Positions 40,692 to 52,261 of a DNA stretch of 64,000 nt are shown piece after piece (the stretch's first letter is position 1; the number at the start of each line of letters is the position of its first letter). The notes beneath the pieces are model-generated. The model saw only the letters and a list, made by a program, of their open reading frames with translations, did no database searches and had not been told where the DNA came from. The DNA lies in NCBI GenBank assembly GCA_965235115.1, contig OZ249436.1, positions 14,818,001 through 14,882,000 on the forward strand, written 5' to 3'. This stretch comes from Laetmonice hystrix. Lineage: Eukaryota. The translations under genes were made by a program, and so were the position numbers.

Positions 40692-40898
40692 ATGCCTGGT
40701 ACAAGGCGATTTCCCTTGCGACGGCCATGCGATTTTAGATTTAATGATAGAATTTCACCTTGAAATCTTTCCTGACTGGCTTCTCTGTTCAAGGAAATGG
40801 GTTCCATCTTTTAATCTCAAAATCACAGTAACATAAAAGGGTGATGTCAAAATGGCATGGACGTCGCAAGGAAAATCGCCTTAGTGTGTACCAGGCAT
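40692..40898. mobile_element. MITE / long hairpin
   Basis: ATGCCTGGTAC-AAGGCGATTTCCCTTGCGACGGCCATGC pairs with GCATGGACGTCGCAAGGAAAATCGCCTTAGTGTGTACCAGGCAT. Confidence 0.7.
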
Positions 40899-41904
40899 AT
40901 GACACGAAACATATCTGAAAAAAATGCCAGACAACTTTTGTTCCGGAAAATATAAAAGTTTATGATATTATAGTGCATACATATATTAACTTATAAACTG
41001 TTCATGACCACTCCACGGGGAGACTTGCGAATGAGAGAACTCGACGTATGACCGCAATCATATTTTGAAGCACCAGTTGGGGATTACTGAAGTGTTTGGT
41101 GGGATTCAGTGTGTGTGAAATGTACCGGGAGTAGTCACTCTAGCCTTCCCTATAGAGCACGCATGATCACGTATAGAGGTGCTTTATGGAGTACAAGGCT
41201 GATTCCATTGCTGTTATACACATTCAAATTAGGGGGTTTAGATTGATAATTTGTAAGGAGGAGGTAACATTGATAATTGTCATTTACTAAAAAAGCTTGG
41301 CTTTCTGTTTGTGCCGCGTCTGTCCCTGCCGCTATGTGTTGTGTCTGTGTAGTCCATGTGGTTTGGCGACATGTCTAACCGTCATAGTAATTGTACACGT
41401 AGTATCACCACGGTACAGGGACACATGAGTGCAGCAGCTTCTCTTGTCTTAAGTGGAACTGGAAATGTTTTAGTGTCGTTTCTCAGGTTCCGTACAGTGG
41501 AGTACCATTTCAGAGAGGTTAGACAACTCCTGACATGAAGAGTATAATTGTGTTACAGAATGGACTCGCTGACAATTCGTTGCAATACTTGTAGGAGTTT
41601 TTTTACTGGTCCTTCCTATACGAATTGTTCGTTGACAATGTTGTAAGTGATAAATGACGTATTGAATTTTGTGGAGCAAGCCAAAGTATTTAACGCAGGA
41701 TACTATATTTAAAATGAATACAACTTTTTAATCGTTTGATAGCGTTCTGTAATAACCTGTAAATGCACCACGCAAGTTTCATGATATGTGATCAAATGTT
41801 GTGAATGTATATTGTCAGTAGGTGAAGGTTATATACCCTTGGGGGTTTATTGTGTCAGAGGGAACAGCTGTTTGAATTGAGTCATTCAAACAAACTGTTC
41901 ATGA

Positions 41905-42430
41905 TGCATGAATGGAATGTTATGATGGTATGAACACGGTCTGAGTGAACGATTTCGTTGGGGGGTTTCCTACTGCTCTGATCATTATGAACTTTGTTGA
42001 AATGTTAAGTTAAGCTATATTGCTGTAGATGTTTAATGCTCTTGCAATATAATCATTTGAACCTTAGAAATTGCTTGCATTTCAAATCTGACAAGGAATG
42101 CAGCGTGTATCTATGCCTTGCATGTTGACGTACCCGGGAATAGAATTTATATAAAAAAAACTTAGCTTAAGCTTCATGTTCCATGATGTACATGTTCGAA
42201 AAAAGAGGAAGCTGAGGTATTTTTGTTTAAGCAAATCACAGGGTTTCCCCCTGTGACCCTTTACAGTTGGGTCATTCTTGGTTATTTGTTAGCTATTAGC
42301 TATGCGCAGAAAAATGCATGTGCTTATTATGTTTTCATTAAATATAGAAATTCCAACCAAGCGTGCATGCTTTATTTTTTGTTTTGTTTTTATAGGAAAA
42401 CAAGACAGAAATAAACCATTTTTATGCATG
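41905..42430 (+). promoter_or_regulatory. cluster of five TGCATG (Rbfox-type) motifs
   Basis: TGCATG at 41905, 42119, 42315, 42364 and 42425. Confidence 0.5.
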
Positions 42431-42537
42431 AAGCTTTAGACTTAGCAACATATCACTGGATTTATGATATCTTTGCCAATCATGTCTCAACTGCGTCTGT
42501 CATTTTGTGTGATTTGCCTTGTTTTTGCTTTACTTAG

Positions 42538-42597
42538 CCTACTCACAATACAACTGTGACAACCCCAATGCATACTCCTCTTCACCTAAAGCCCTAG
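42538..42597 (+). CDS. candidate 60-nt cassette exon, phase 1/1 (YSQYNCDNPNAYSSSPKAL)
   Basis: Long polypyrimidine tract plus ttag acceptor, TAG|gtatat donor; only the phase-1 frame is open; TGCATG cluster upstream. Confidence 0.5.
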   Translation, partial: PTHNTTVTTPMHTPLHLKP

Positions 42598-42875
42598 GTA
42601 TATATGCCACTTTCTTTCCTACTAACATGACTGCTGAAAGCACCAAAAGAGGATTATCGGTTTTTGACGAGAACATTGCTGAGTTAACAGGTCATAGTTT
42701 TGATAATGGCTGGGGTATTTAGATGTTGAACTAGATGAAAATTAGTAGATAAAACCCCTTTACTTTAGGAACTGTGACATCACACAGGTATATTTACATT
42801 AGCAGAGTTGTATCCGTTCAGATACTCTCCATATTAGACATGTTAAACCTGTTTCCACGGTTTTCAATTGTTCAG

Positions 42876-42911
42876 AACCAAATTATATGGTGCGAATTTA
42901 CCTAATACATG
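42876..42911 (+). CDS. candidate 36-nt cassette exon, phase 1/1 (EPNYMVRIYLIH)
   Basis: ttttcaattgttcag acceptor, G|gtactc donor; open in frame only after a non-T-ending exon. Confidence 0.25.
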
Positions 42912-44410
42912 GTACTCACATTTCCCGGTAATGGATGCGTTCAAGTGAAGCCTATTTTAAAGGATTCGTTAAGCGACGAATTGAATCGTAGGGAATCTGA
43001 CGGAAACGTTAAGAAGGCAGAACGACGCGAAGTGAATGTGCCTGTGTGTTAAACTGTTAGAAATATTTTCTATCCGAGATACAGGAGGAAGGATATCGTT
43101 ATTACCAGCCCAGCCTGGTGTGCAATATTTGTATGTCTATCAGTTTCCAGCCCTGTAGCTGTATACTAACTAAAGTTAACACCATAGAATTGTTTTTAAT
43201 ATGTGGTGCGATGTATTTTTACTCCTAAAGATGAGGGTATAACGGGTATGCTGTCAAGTAAGCAGGACTTTTTTTTGGCATTCCGTTTGATGGTCTGCAT
43301 CCCCTCATCCTCATGTTGGTAGTCGGCAGTAACTTGATAATTCTTGTTAAATATTAACCTTCATATCAAAGTCCGCCATCTAGATCATGGGCGCATCCGA
43401 TAACTCTCCCCGCTTTAATATTTTCAAGTCTGAAGTTGAAGTGTGTGTGAAAGCCCCTGGAATATGTTGCCTATATATAGAGCTGGATTCCTTTTTCGTC
43501 AAAGGGCCATGTGAGTGAGCAGACATTGCACTAGTATGTCAGTATAGCAGCGCGATAGAAAGTGACTTGGTACCAAACGCTAATAATCTTATACATATCA
43601 GTAAACTCAAATAGAGATGAAATATTTTCAAAATGACAACCTAAGTTCCAAAATGCTGTGCTATCAGCTTTTGTATACATAAGTGCACATACACCAGCAA
43701 CAGCGCACTAGAAACCCCCGAAAAGGATCACACAGCCTACACATGGTCCTCTGAGGCTCTTCTGATTTTATTTTCAAACTACTTGCTTAAGTATAATATT
43801 AATGGATAATGATGACATCAACTCTTTCTCAACTGATCTGCAAGCATGCCTCGTTTCGTCTGTTTGCATTAGTTTGCTAGTCCTCCAATTCACGGTTCTG
43901 AAGGATTTTTTAAAAATATATTACGTACCGGTACTTTTATTATTTCTTCTCGAATAATATATTAGGTGCTTTTTTGGTTGATGTAACATTAAATTGAGTG
44001 TTCAGTTAACACAACTATTATCCATTTCTTTCTGTTTGAGCTTTTTTATGATAATTATTATTTTCGATTTGATTAATTATTGATTACTATTAACGCATTG
44101 ACCTTCAGAGCTAACCGATACCTTTTTTCATTTTTTTTTCTCTGATCATTCGGTCGGATGTCTACCTCTTTCTCTGAAGCACACCGTCTATGTTAGAGAA
44201 ATTTCGGTCACAGTTACAGCTGAGAGAGCTGGTTTTGACCCGTGCACCCATTTTGTCATCACTGTGATGACAGACCCTTTTGATGATGATTATCATGATG
44301 AGTATGATGTTGTGCGATGATGTTGATGATAATGATGATGAACATGTTTGATCTCCTGTGATATATTCCCTAACTGACATCTTCTGGTGTGGTGTTTGTC
44401 TGTTATCCAG

Positions 44411-44473
44411 CCCTTAACAAAAAGACTCCAGCCGCGACAAACGCCACCACAGAGGCGAACCCGTCTGAGACCG
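44411..44473 (+). CDS. candidate 63-nt cassette exon, phase 1/1 (LNKKTPAATNATTEANPSET)
   Basis: ccctaac branch-point-like motif, tgtttgtctgttatccag acceptor, CG|gtactt donor; GC-richer than flanks; open. Confidence 0.6.
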
Positions 44474-45535
44474 GTACTTGACTTGACTCATTTGATGCCA
44501 CTTTGTTTGATCGTCGTGTTGTCATGACCAGACACCTCGTGCCTTCCCCACAAACCCCTGTCATATATTTCTCTATGCGAAGAAAGAGTTCGAATGTATT
44601 CCTATGACACGTTCATTTTTCAATGCTGTAAACCAGCGCAGTGCCTGAAATCCGTCCCGGCGAGGTTATGAATGTCCACCTTCTTTCCCCATCCTCGACA
44701 GGGGCCGACTTTCACGCAGGACGTGATAGCCTAGTCTTGAGTTCCCCTCCGGTACTTTCGGGTATTTACTAGTCTGGGACTTGAGAAGGGGATCCATGGC
44801 GGACTTCACTTGATGTTTGGTCACGATAGCCTGACAGTGAGAGCTCCTGCACCTTTGTATTCAGATGGTAGCACGTAATGATGTTGTTTGCTGTCAGTAC
44901 GGGGGTTAGGTCGTCTTCTTGTATACGTAGCACCTGAGAGTAGATGGTAGCGTTGAAATGAACTTGACAACAGAAAACTAGGCCTATTTTTGCGCCTACT
45001 ATAAGAGTGGACTTGATTTAGAATTTCATAGAAAGTAAACAAGATTCTTTTAGGTAGCTAGTTGGTTTATCACTTCCCTCCTTCTAGCCCTATTACGAAG
45101 TATGAGATATGACTATTTTTTCTGTAGCCTTTCTAGAAGAAGTTGGTAAGAATTTTTAATAATTCTTCTGCTTGCATCGGTTACTTCATGTCATCGTCCC
45201 TCATTCTGTATGGGCCTAGTGCCAATTTAAGTCGGCCCAGTGGTCGCACAGCCGTAATAAACATCACTTACATAAAGTTTCAAAAGGGAAGAACACACCT
45301 ACACCTACGCCTATAAGCCTACGTATGCAAAAAAAAAAAAATCTAGAATTGACCAAAGACTCTCAGAAATGGTTTCTGGGCCTGGGTCTGGACTGGGAAT
45401 TTACGGCGCGTCCTGGTAATCTTATGGCGCCATCTGGTGTGAATATTGAAGCAGCGAGCATGGTCGTCCGAATTTGACACCAAACGGCATTTTGGTTCCC
45501 TCTCATTATTGTTTTGAGGCCTTTTGATATTTCAG

Positions 45536-45568
45536 AAATAGAGGAATCACACGATGCAGTCCCACCTT
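45536..45568 (+). CDS. candidate 33-nt cassette exon, phase 1/1 (EIEESHDAVPP)
   Basis: cttttgatatttcag acceptor, TT|gtatgt donor; open after a G-ending exon. Confidence 0.55.
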
Positions 45569-47076
45569 GTATGTATATGATGTTATCCGGAATGCTTGCT
45601 GAACAGATTTGCTTGAATACACGAAGGCACTGTCGTTTTCCGCCAGTGGTTAGGCTACCACTGTTCAGGACGGGCTGTGAAGCATGTCAGCCAACGTGCA
45701 CTCACAATTTTAAATGAGATCTCCCACAGATTGTCAGGATCAGAATAACTCGTGGATAATCCATCGAAAGAGAAATCTTAACGTGTGTTATCGTAGCCGT
45801 ATAGGTTCCCCGGTATGCCTACCTATTCTACTCATTTTTTTCATTTTGGATTTTCTTTAGATGTCACTAAGGCTACTCAATAAGTGGCGCTTAAACATAT
45901 ATTTTCAATTTGGTACAGGTTAACCATATATGATAATGATCAACAATTGCATATAATATTGGATATAACTGAACAAGGCGAAGTGAGGGAACTATTCAAA
46001 CTACAGCTCAAAGTGGAAACCTGGGAGCGCCACCTTGCGACATCCCGCGGAATCAGATAAATCAGATTCCGTCTAAAAGGCCTACTGCTACTAGACCATT
46101 GGCTACCAATTCAAACAGGTTCAATTTTTTCAACCCGCGCTGTAAAAAAAAACAACGTTTTCCAATGAAGGAAATTAAGGGTAAATTTAAATTGGAGGAA
46201 TGGTGTTTAATTTTAAATCTTAAAAGATACTGAGAAGATAATAGTTGTTCACACAGGCCTCACACGTTTAAAAACAAAATGTGACATCAGAACAGGGAGC
46301 TGTTTGCCTTACGAGGTTATAAATACTCTCCAAGGTGTCTTCAGGAATATTCACCCTCCAGGGCGAGATTGACGAGAGGACTTAGAACACGTGCGTACAT
46401 GCGTAATTACGCCTAAAAAAGGGATATATCATTGGGTTTCTGCGGCATCGATTCATTCTGTCAGAGTGAATCTGGTCGGTTGTGACTTGATCGCACATAC
46501 TTCACTCGGGACACTGTCACATACCACTTTATAAGTCGATCACTAGACACTGTTGATTGAAACGGTACCTCTTCCAGACCGTCCCAGCGACAGGGCTTAA
46601 CATGTCGTCTCCTGCTGTGTCATGATTAATGTCATGTACATGTGTCATAAACCTGGAGTCGCAAGGCCCTCACACACTCGTGTACTACTGCATAATGCGC
46701 ATCATGTTTCGCCTTCACCACCTCTATACCGTATATAATATGGATTTTATAATTAAAATATGAGAAATACATAAATTCCACATGTATGATATTGCGATAT
46801 GTCCGGTAAGTGTTTTAAGTGATTCGTACTTTGCACGGTGCAGTTCAAAATTTGGCAGTTATGGTTATTGTGAGAGAAAAATCTTTTCTTCCTCAATCCA
46901 GGAAAAAAACATTGACAGATTTCGTAATATTAACAACACATGCCCATTTAGGACACCATTTGAAGATAGAGCGTCTGAAATTTACCACGCCATCATTACG
47001 TACGGAGTTGTGGTACTATCCCAAACAGAACTATTTATTACAGTGATGAGAAGAGTTTAACTTTTTTATTTTCTAG

Positions 47077-47167
47077 TGAACATGCCTTTCTCAAAAATGC
47101 TGAAGGAGAAAAGTACCCCTACAAGTCCGCGACGAAGTGGGGGACGTATCGGCTCCTCGGTGTCAAG
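47077..47167 (+). CDS. slo1: Slo1 linker exon (LNMPFSKMLKEKSTPTSPRRSGGRIGSSVSR), phase 1 to phase 2
   Basis: Strong ttttttattttctag acceptor and AAG|gtgagt donor, 91 nt, open. It is the best-signalled exon I found that supplies the phase 1-to-2 change needed to join 33603 to 53901. Confidence 0.85.
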
Positions 47168-47224
47168 GTGAGTGTCACTGGCAGTGGTACTGGAAACTAG
47201 GAGTAAGCCCTACCTCATGTTTGT

Positions 47225-47670
47225 TGTGGCTTGTTTGTTCTTCTTCTTCTTATTCTTCTTGTCCGTCTTTCTTCTTTTTTATTTCTACTTCTTTTTTCTT
47301 CTACTCGGTCGTCGTCGTCATCTCCTCCTTCGTTTTAACCTTGTTCTTGTTCTCCTTTCTCCTGTTCTTCTTTTTCTTCTTAATTTCCTTCTCTATTTTC
47401 TTCGTCTGTTTCATCGTCCTTTTCCTCCTTCATCTTCTACTGTTTCTACTTCTACTTTTTCTTCTACGTCGTCGTCGTTACCTCTTGTTCTTGTTCTTCT
47501 TTCTCTTTTCAGTTTAATTTCTTTCTCTATATTCTTCGTCTCTGTTTCATCATCCTTTTCCTCCTTCATCTTCTACTGTTTCTACCTCTACTTTTGCTTC
47601 TAATTCGTCGTCGTCGTCGTCGTCATCTCCTTCCTTTTGTCCGTGTTCTTGTTCCTCCTGTTCTTTTTCT
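47225..47670. repeat. pyrimidine-rich low-complexity tract with ~3 degenerate ~135-160-bp units containing (TCG)n
   Basis: TTTCTACTTC...GTCGTCGTC blocks at about 47282, 47443 and 47579; source of the spurious F/L/S-rich ORFs. Confidence 0.85.
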
Positions 47671-47676
47671 TCATAA

Positions 47677-48022
47677 AGTGCTACAGACATCACATAGGCA
47701 CCTTTACTGATCTAAATAGATCACTGTGAGTTGTAGACGTATCCGGGATAGGTTTTTCTGATAAATTAACATTTGTAAAAATATTGACAATTTGAATCAC
47801 GCTGCCCGTGATGACGTAAGCACCAACTGGCGGGTGGACCCTGGACGGGAGGCGACTGGCAGACAGATGGCCAGCAGAAACCGGCTGAATTGGTCATTTT
47901 GATCACGGATTACAGTTCACGTTGTTGTACAACAACCGTTCCTTTACAGAACAACGAGAACATTACAAGTATTATCGGGATCTGGTGCAAAATTTCATAG
48001 TAATTGTGATGTCTGTACCACT
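47677..48022 (+). mobile_element. ~345-bp MITE, Kolobok-like (copy 1)
   Basis: TIRs AGTGCTACAGACATCAC / GTGATGTCTGTACCACT; ATAA and TTAA flanks. Confidence 0.75.
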
Positions 48023-48526
48023 TTAATTTCCTTCTCCACATTCTTCGTCTTTGTTTCGTCTTCTTCCTCTTCTTTCCGTCTCATTACTCTCTACAAGATT
48101 ATTATATGTGTTAATGTATTTTGGTTGTCTCAGTTTTATATAGTAGCAACTTAAGCAAAGGTAGGTATTTTGTCTCTATGGGAACAATGTCTCTTTTTTG
48201 TGTACTGTTATAATTTTGACACGTTCCCCCCTGCTAACCATACGTATTTGAGTATCTGATCATGTATGAAGTATAATAATAGAAAATCTCGTACGACAGA
48301 TGTAGTCGGGGAAAAATTTGTTTCAGGTGTGAACAGGTTTTATGTTAACTGAACACAGAATTAGAGTGTTAAATGCATCAGTGACTGATCAGAAAAGGGT
48401 TTTGTTATCGCAAGAGTAGATCCTACATCGTAAACTGTGCTAGTACATGTATTGTTAAATACTGTGGAATGGTGTTGTTTGGAATTGCTTTGGAATGACC
48501 CTAAATTAATTGCATTATTGCTTTAT

Positions 48527-48869
48527 AGTGGTACAGACATCACAGTTACTATGAAATGTTGTTCCAGATCCCGATAATACTTGTAATGTTCTCGTTGTTC
48601 TGTAAAGGAACGGTTGTTGTACAACAACGTGAACTGTCTGTAATCCGTGATCAAAATGACCAATTCAGCCGGTTTCTGCTGGCCATCTGTCTGCCAGTCG
48701 CCTTCCCTCCAGGGCCCACCCACAGTTGGTGCTTACGTCATCACGGGCAGTGTGATTCAAATTGTCAATATTAATGTTAATTTATCAGAAAAACCTATCC
48801 CAGATACGTCTACAACTCACAGTGATCTATATAGATCAGTAAAGGTGCCTATGTGATGTCTGTAGCACT
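48527..48869 (-). mobile_element. ~345-bp MITE, Kolobok-like (copy 2, inverted relative to copy 1)
   Basis: Reverse complement of 47677-48022 along its whole length with few mismatches and indels; TTAT and TTAA flanks. Confidence 0.75.
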
Positions 48870-49132
48870 TTAAATGACTGGGAAAGATACGAGCGCTTGC
48901 TGAACAGATAACGGTTTTCCGATTAACCATCCTTGATTTATGCCTGATGATTACTGTGAAAGTAGGCTAACAAGTAGAAGAATAATTGAAGCTTTTAGCT
49001 GTCACTCAATTGTACGTGTACCTTCTTGCACAGACATTTGTAAGAGAACTCTCTGTAGGAGGTGAAGGGGTGTGCCTTTTAGATTTCTGCGCTATTAGCT
49101 GCTTTTCATTGCTTGTTCAGTTGAAATTTTAG

Positions 49133-49168
49133 GATCTCTGGCTCCTTTTTACTCCTGAGTCGAAGAAG
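49133..49168 (+). CDS. candidate 36-nt cassette exon, phase 2/2 (ISGSFLLLSRRR)
   Basis: TGC-containing pyrimidine tract, aaattttag acceptor, AAG|gtataa donor; open in the required phase. Confidence 0.4.
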
Positions 49169-52100
49169 GTATAATTACTGATGTGTAGAATAACATTTCT
49201 TTGCCCAATTAAAGTATTCTGAAGTGCTTGTAAGCACAGCCACATCAGTTCTATGAGTGTTGTAAAAAACCTATACATGTACCTCTTAACCCTACATAAT
49301 AAAACTATGTATATTTCCGAAAACGTCCCCTTTTCGCACACAATTCCTGATTATGTGCAATTTTACTCGGGATAAATGGTGTAATACTCGGTATAACCGT
49401 GTAACGCAGTTTTTTCCTGAGAAAGGCGAGGGACCGTGTCCTCTGTTTCAAACTGGTGTTCCGTGTTCTCGACGAGTAAAGTTCCAGCACGTGGCTCTAA
49501 CCTGGAATTATGTGCCATTGGATAGACAGATAACGTTGGCAGTTTCACATTCTGTCGGCAGATCGTACCTGATCAAGAACAGGGAGGGGTAAAACGATCA
49601 TCTGGAAGATTGAAAATGAGAGTCTGCTAGTAGATGTCACCAAAATATATGCAATACATGGGGTCCTTTGTTGACGCATTGTCAAGGCTGTGAATGACAT
49701 ATTTCAGGAAGTAGTTCGAGGAACTTTGGCGGTTATATTACAACATTTGAAATCTGCCGGATCTCGGTGTGGGAACTGACAAAAGACAATGTTATCACCC
49801 ATAAACTTCCTTAGGTGGCGATTATATCGCCGACCTGAGCACCTTCTCAAATAATAAATCCCATTACCGCATAATGTCCCAGTAATGTCATCACTGTAAT
49901 TGCGCATGCATGTGGCTGTGATGTGATGTAAGACCTGCAATGAAGGAGAAGAAAATGAGCAACGTATTTGATTTTCACTTGCACCTATAAATATGCAGAT
50001 TGGGTGAAAACTTTATTTTCTTCTTTTTCATTATTCATATACATGTATGTGACATAGTGGCGCTCTCTAATGACCCTCTCTTAGGGAATGCATCAGTGAT
50101 GTGCATCAGCAGAGATAACCACACTGATCACTCGTTGAGTAATACATTTCCCTGTTCTTTCATCGTTTCAGTGTCAGTAAATTGTCAATGGCTTTTGCCC
50201 TAGGCATAGGGTAAATGTTCCGATTTTCATGTTTACCTTTGGTCCCTTACCGTTAAGGTTCCTTGCCTGTCCTTGAGTGGATGATTCGGGTATTCCATAG
50301 GATGACTTTGAATGACCTGTGAATGACCTTGGGTGACCTTCATATGACCTTAACAACTCCGGTGTTTAGAAGGCTGTAGTAGAATTTAAGCTCGAGGGTT
50401 ATGAAAAGTGCCATGTCAACGTTTTGCCTTTACCGTCATCACAATTCATAGTTACACTAATATGTTATTTTGCATTTTATATTGCATCTATCAGTATAGA
50501 TATACATTTTTCTTACTTTTAAACTGCTTTAAGGATGCAGCAGAATGCACCTTTGAAACATTTTATGACTTTTTAGATTTTTTTGTGATCAAGCTTTTAG
50601 TCGTGATTTTCAGACTTGCCTGAAACTTTGACATGGTGGAGCATCTTGTTTGTCTTTTTTCTTTCTTTTTAAAAATCTTAACTTATTTCTTGAAGAACAG
50701 GCGTGCGGGGGTCTTTTGGGCACGGAAATGAATCGTAAAAATCCTACCGGTATTATATCCTTGAACAAATGGTACAGTGAGAGAGTGTTTCTTGTGTTTC
50801 TGGACCGTACGTGGAAGGCGGTAGATTGACAAATTGAACCAAAGTCCTTCGATGGGGTATTATGCACTGTATGGAAGATAGATCCATTGGGGTAGGGAGT
50901 TTATGAGTGCACCCCTCAATGCTATCACCTGTGTCCATCGCAAACCTCTTTATGCTCCAAGATCCCTGACCATTCGAGACTCGTGTTAGAGGCACCAGTG
51001 CTAAAACATACTTACCAGTGCATATAAGAAGGCCTGTTTCAGGTGATTCGTTCATAGACTTTCATTTTCCCAGAGGAATTTTATATTTTGTGGTTTAGTA
51101 TATCTTCTGGTGAAGTAAGGACAGCTGAACAGGTGGTACATCTCGGGTATCGTGATACACATCTGCATACACCATTGATGAGAACGGGAGAACCGCACTA
51201 TAGAGCATGGCCCGTGTTTCTTCTAATATTGATACCACAAGCATGACGATAACTTGCTTAGTGTATTTCACTTTATAATTATGGCATACGATATGGGGCC
51301 TAGTACATGCCGACCTTGGTGGGAGAATACAGAAGAGTGATTAGATAAGGTAACAGTATCCGCACGCCACACTTTTGGCCCCATTTTTTCTAACCTGGAG
51401 CTTTTAGTTCCGGAACAATAGAACCCGGCTTCCTCAGATGGCGGGAAATTAAATCTGAAGCTAGCATGAAATAATTCCTGGGAAAGGATTCCAAGAACCG
51501 CAGTATTTTCAGTCGTCAAAAACGTTGAGAGTCTCATTCTGTAATTCATGGATCCACCCCGCTATACCGTTTGTATAAACAAAGCGTTTACCTTAGAATA
51601 GAGACTTGTTTAATAAACGGTATATAGAGTTTTAGAGTCGAGTGTCGGCCCGTATTAACGCTAGGCCTTGGTATCGTATCATGGTACCAATAATATTACA
51701 ACATGTACACTACCAGTTCACATACTGTTCTCCGCCTTTGAGCCATTATTTAAGGTTATAAAAGTCAATTGTTAATTCAACCAAGCACACATTTTCAAAA
51801 GATTTCATGTATTTAGCATGCACCAAATATAATTTATACTAAACAGTTGTACGTAATACACAATTTATTAGTTCGACCACTGTTAGAGTTACATATCAGG
51901 TGTTTTACTTTTACCTGCTGTAGTAGAATTGGAAGTTGTTTAAGCTGTTCAATCAAAAACGTAAACTATTTCATTGCAAGTGAGTAAACGTTCACATTTG
52001 GAACCAATACGAAACTGGTTAGTTTCTGTGCAGAGACCTTGGCCTCAAGCTGAACAACTTCCATAGGTCTACAAATACAGTGCACCTGTACTCAACCTCT

Positions 52101-52195
52101 CTACCTCTCGTACACGTCGCGTTTTGTCATTAGTTTGTCGCCAATTGCTTCAAACGACACCAGCTCACCGTCCATGTTGGCGTTTTGCGTTTCAG

Positions 52196-52261
52196 CTCAA
52201 TTGGTAGTGCAGAGACTGAGGAAGCCAAAGCAGAGCCAAAACCTCTACCAATGTACGAAAA
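52196..52261 (+). CDS. candidate 66-nt (or 57-nt) cassette exon, phase 2/2 (SSIGSAETEEAKAEPKPLPMYEK)
   Basis: gttttgcgtttcag acceptor; two in-frame donors (AT|gtacga after 52252, AA|gtatgc after 52261); purine-rich; open. Confidence 0.55.

Noticed and set aside
41353-41412. 60-nt AG/GT-bounded segment with a good acceptor
   Set aside because: In-frame TAA in the required phase 1; at best a poison exon.
47137-47603. 126-aa and 143-aa hydrophobic ORFs
   Set aside because: Translation of a CT-rich low-complexity tract, not genes.
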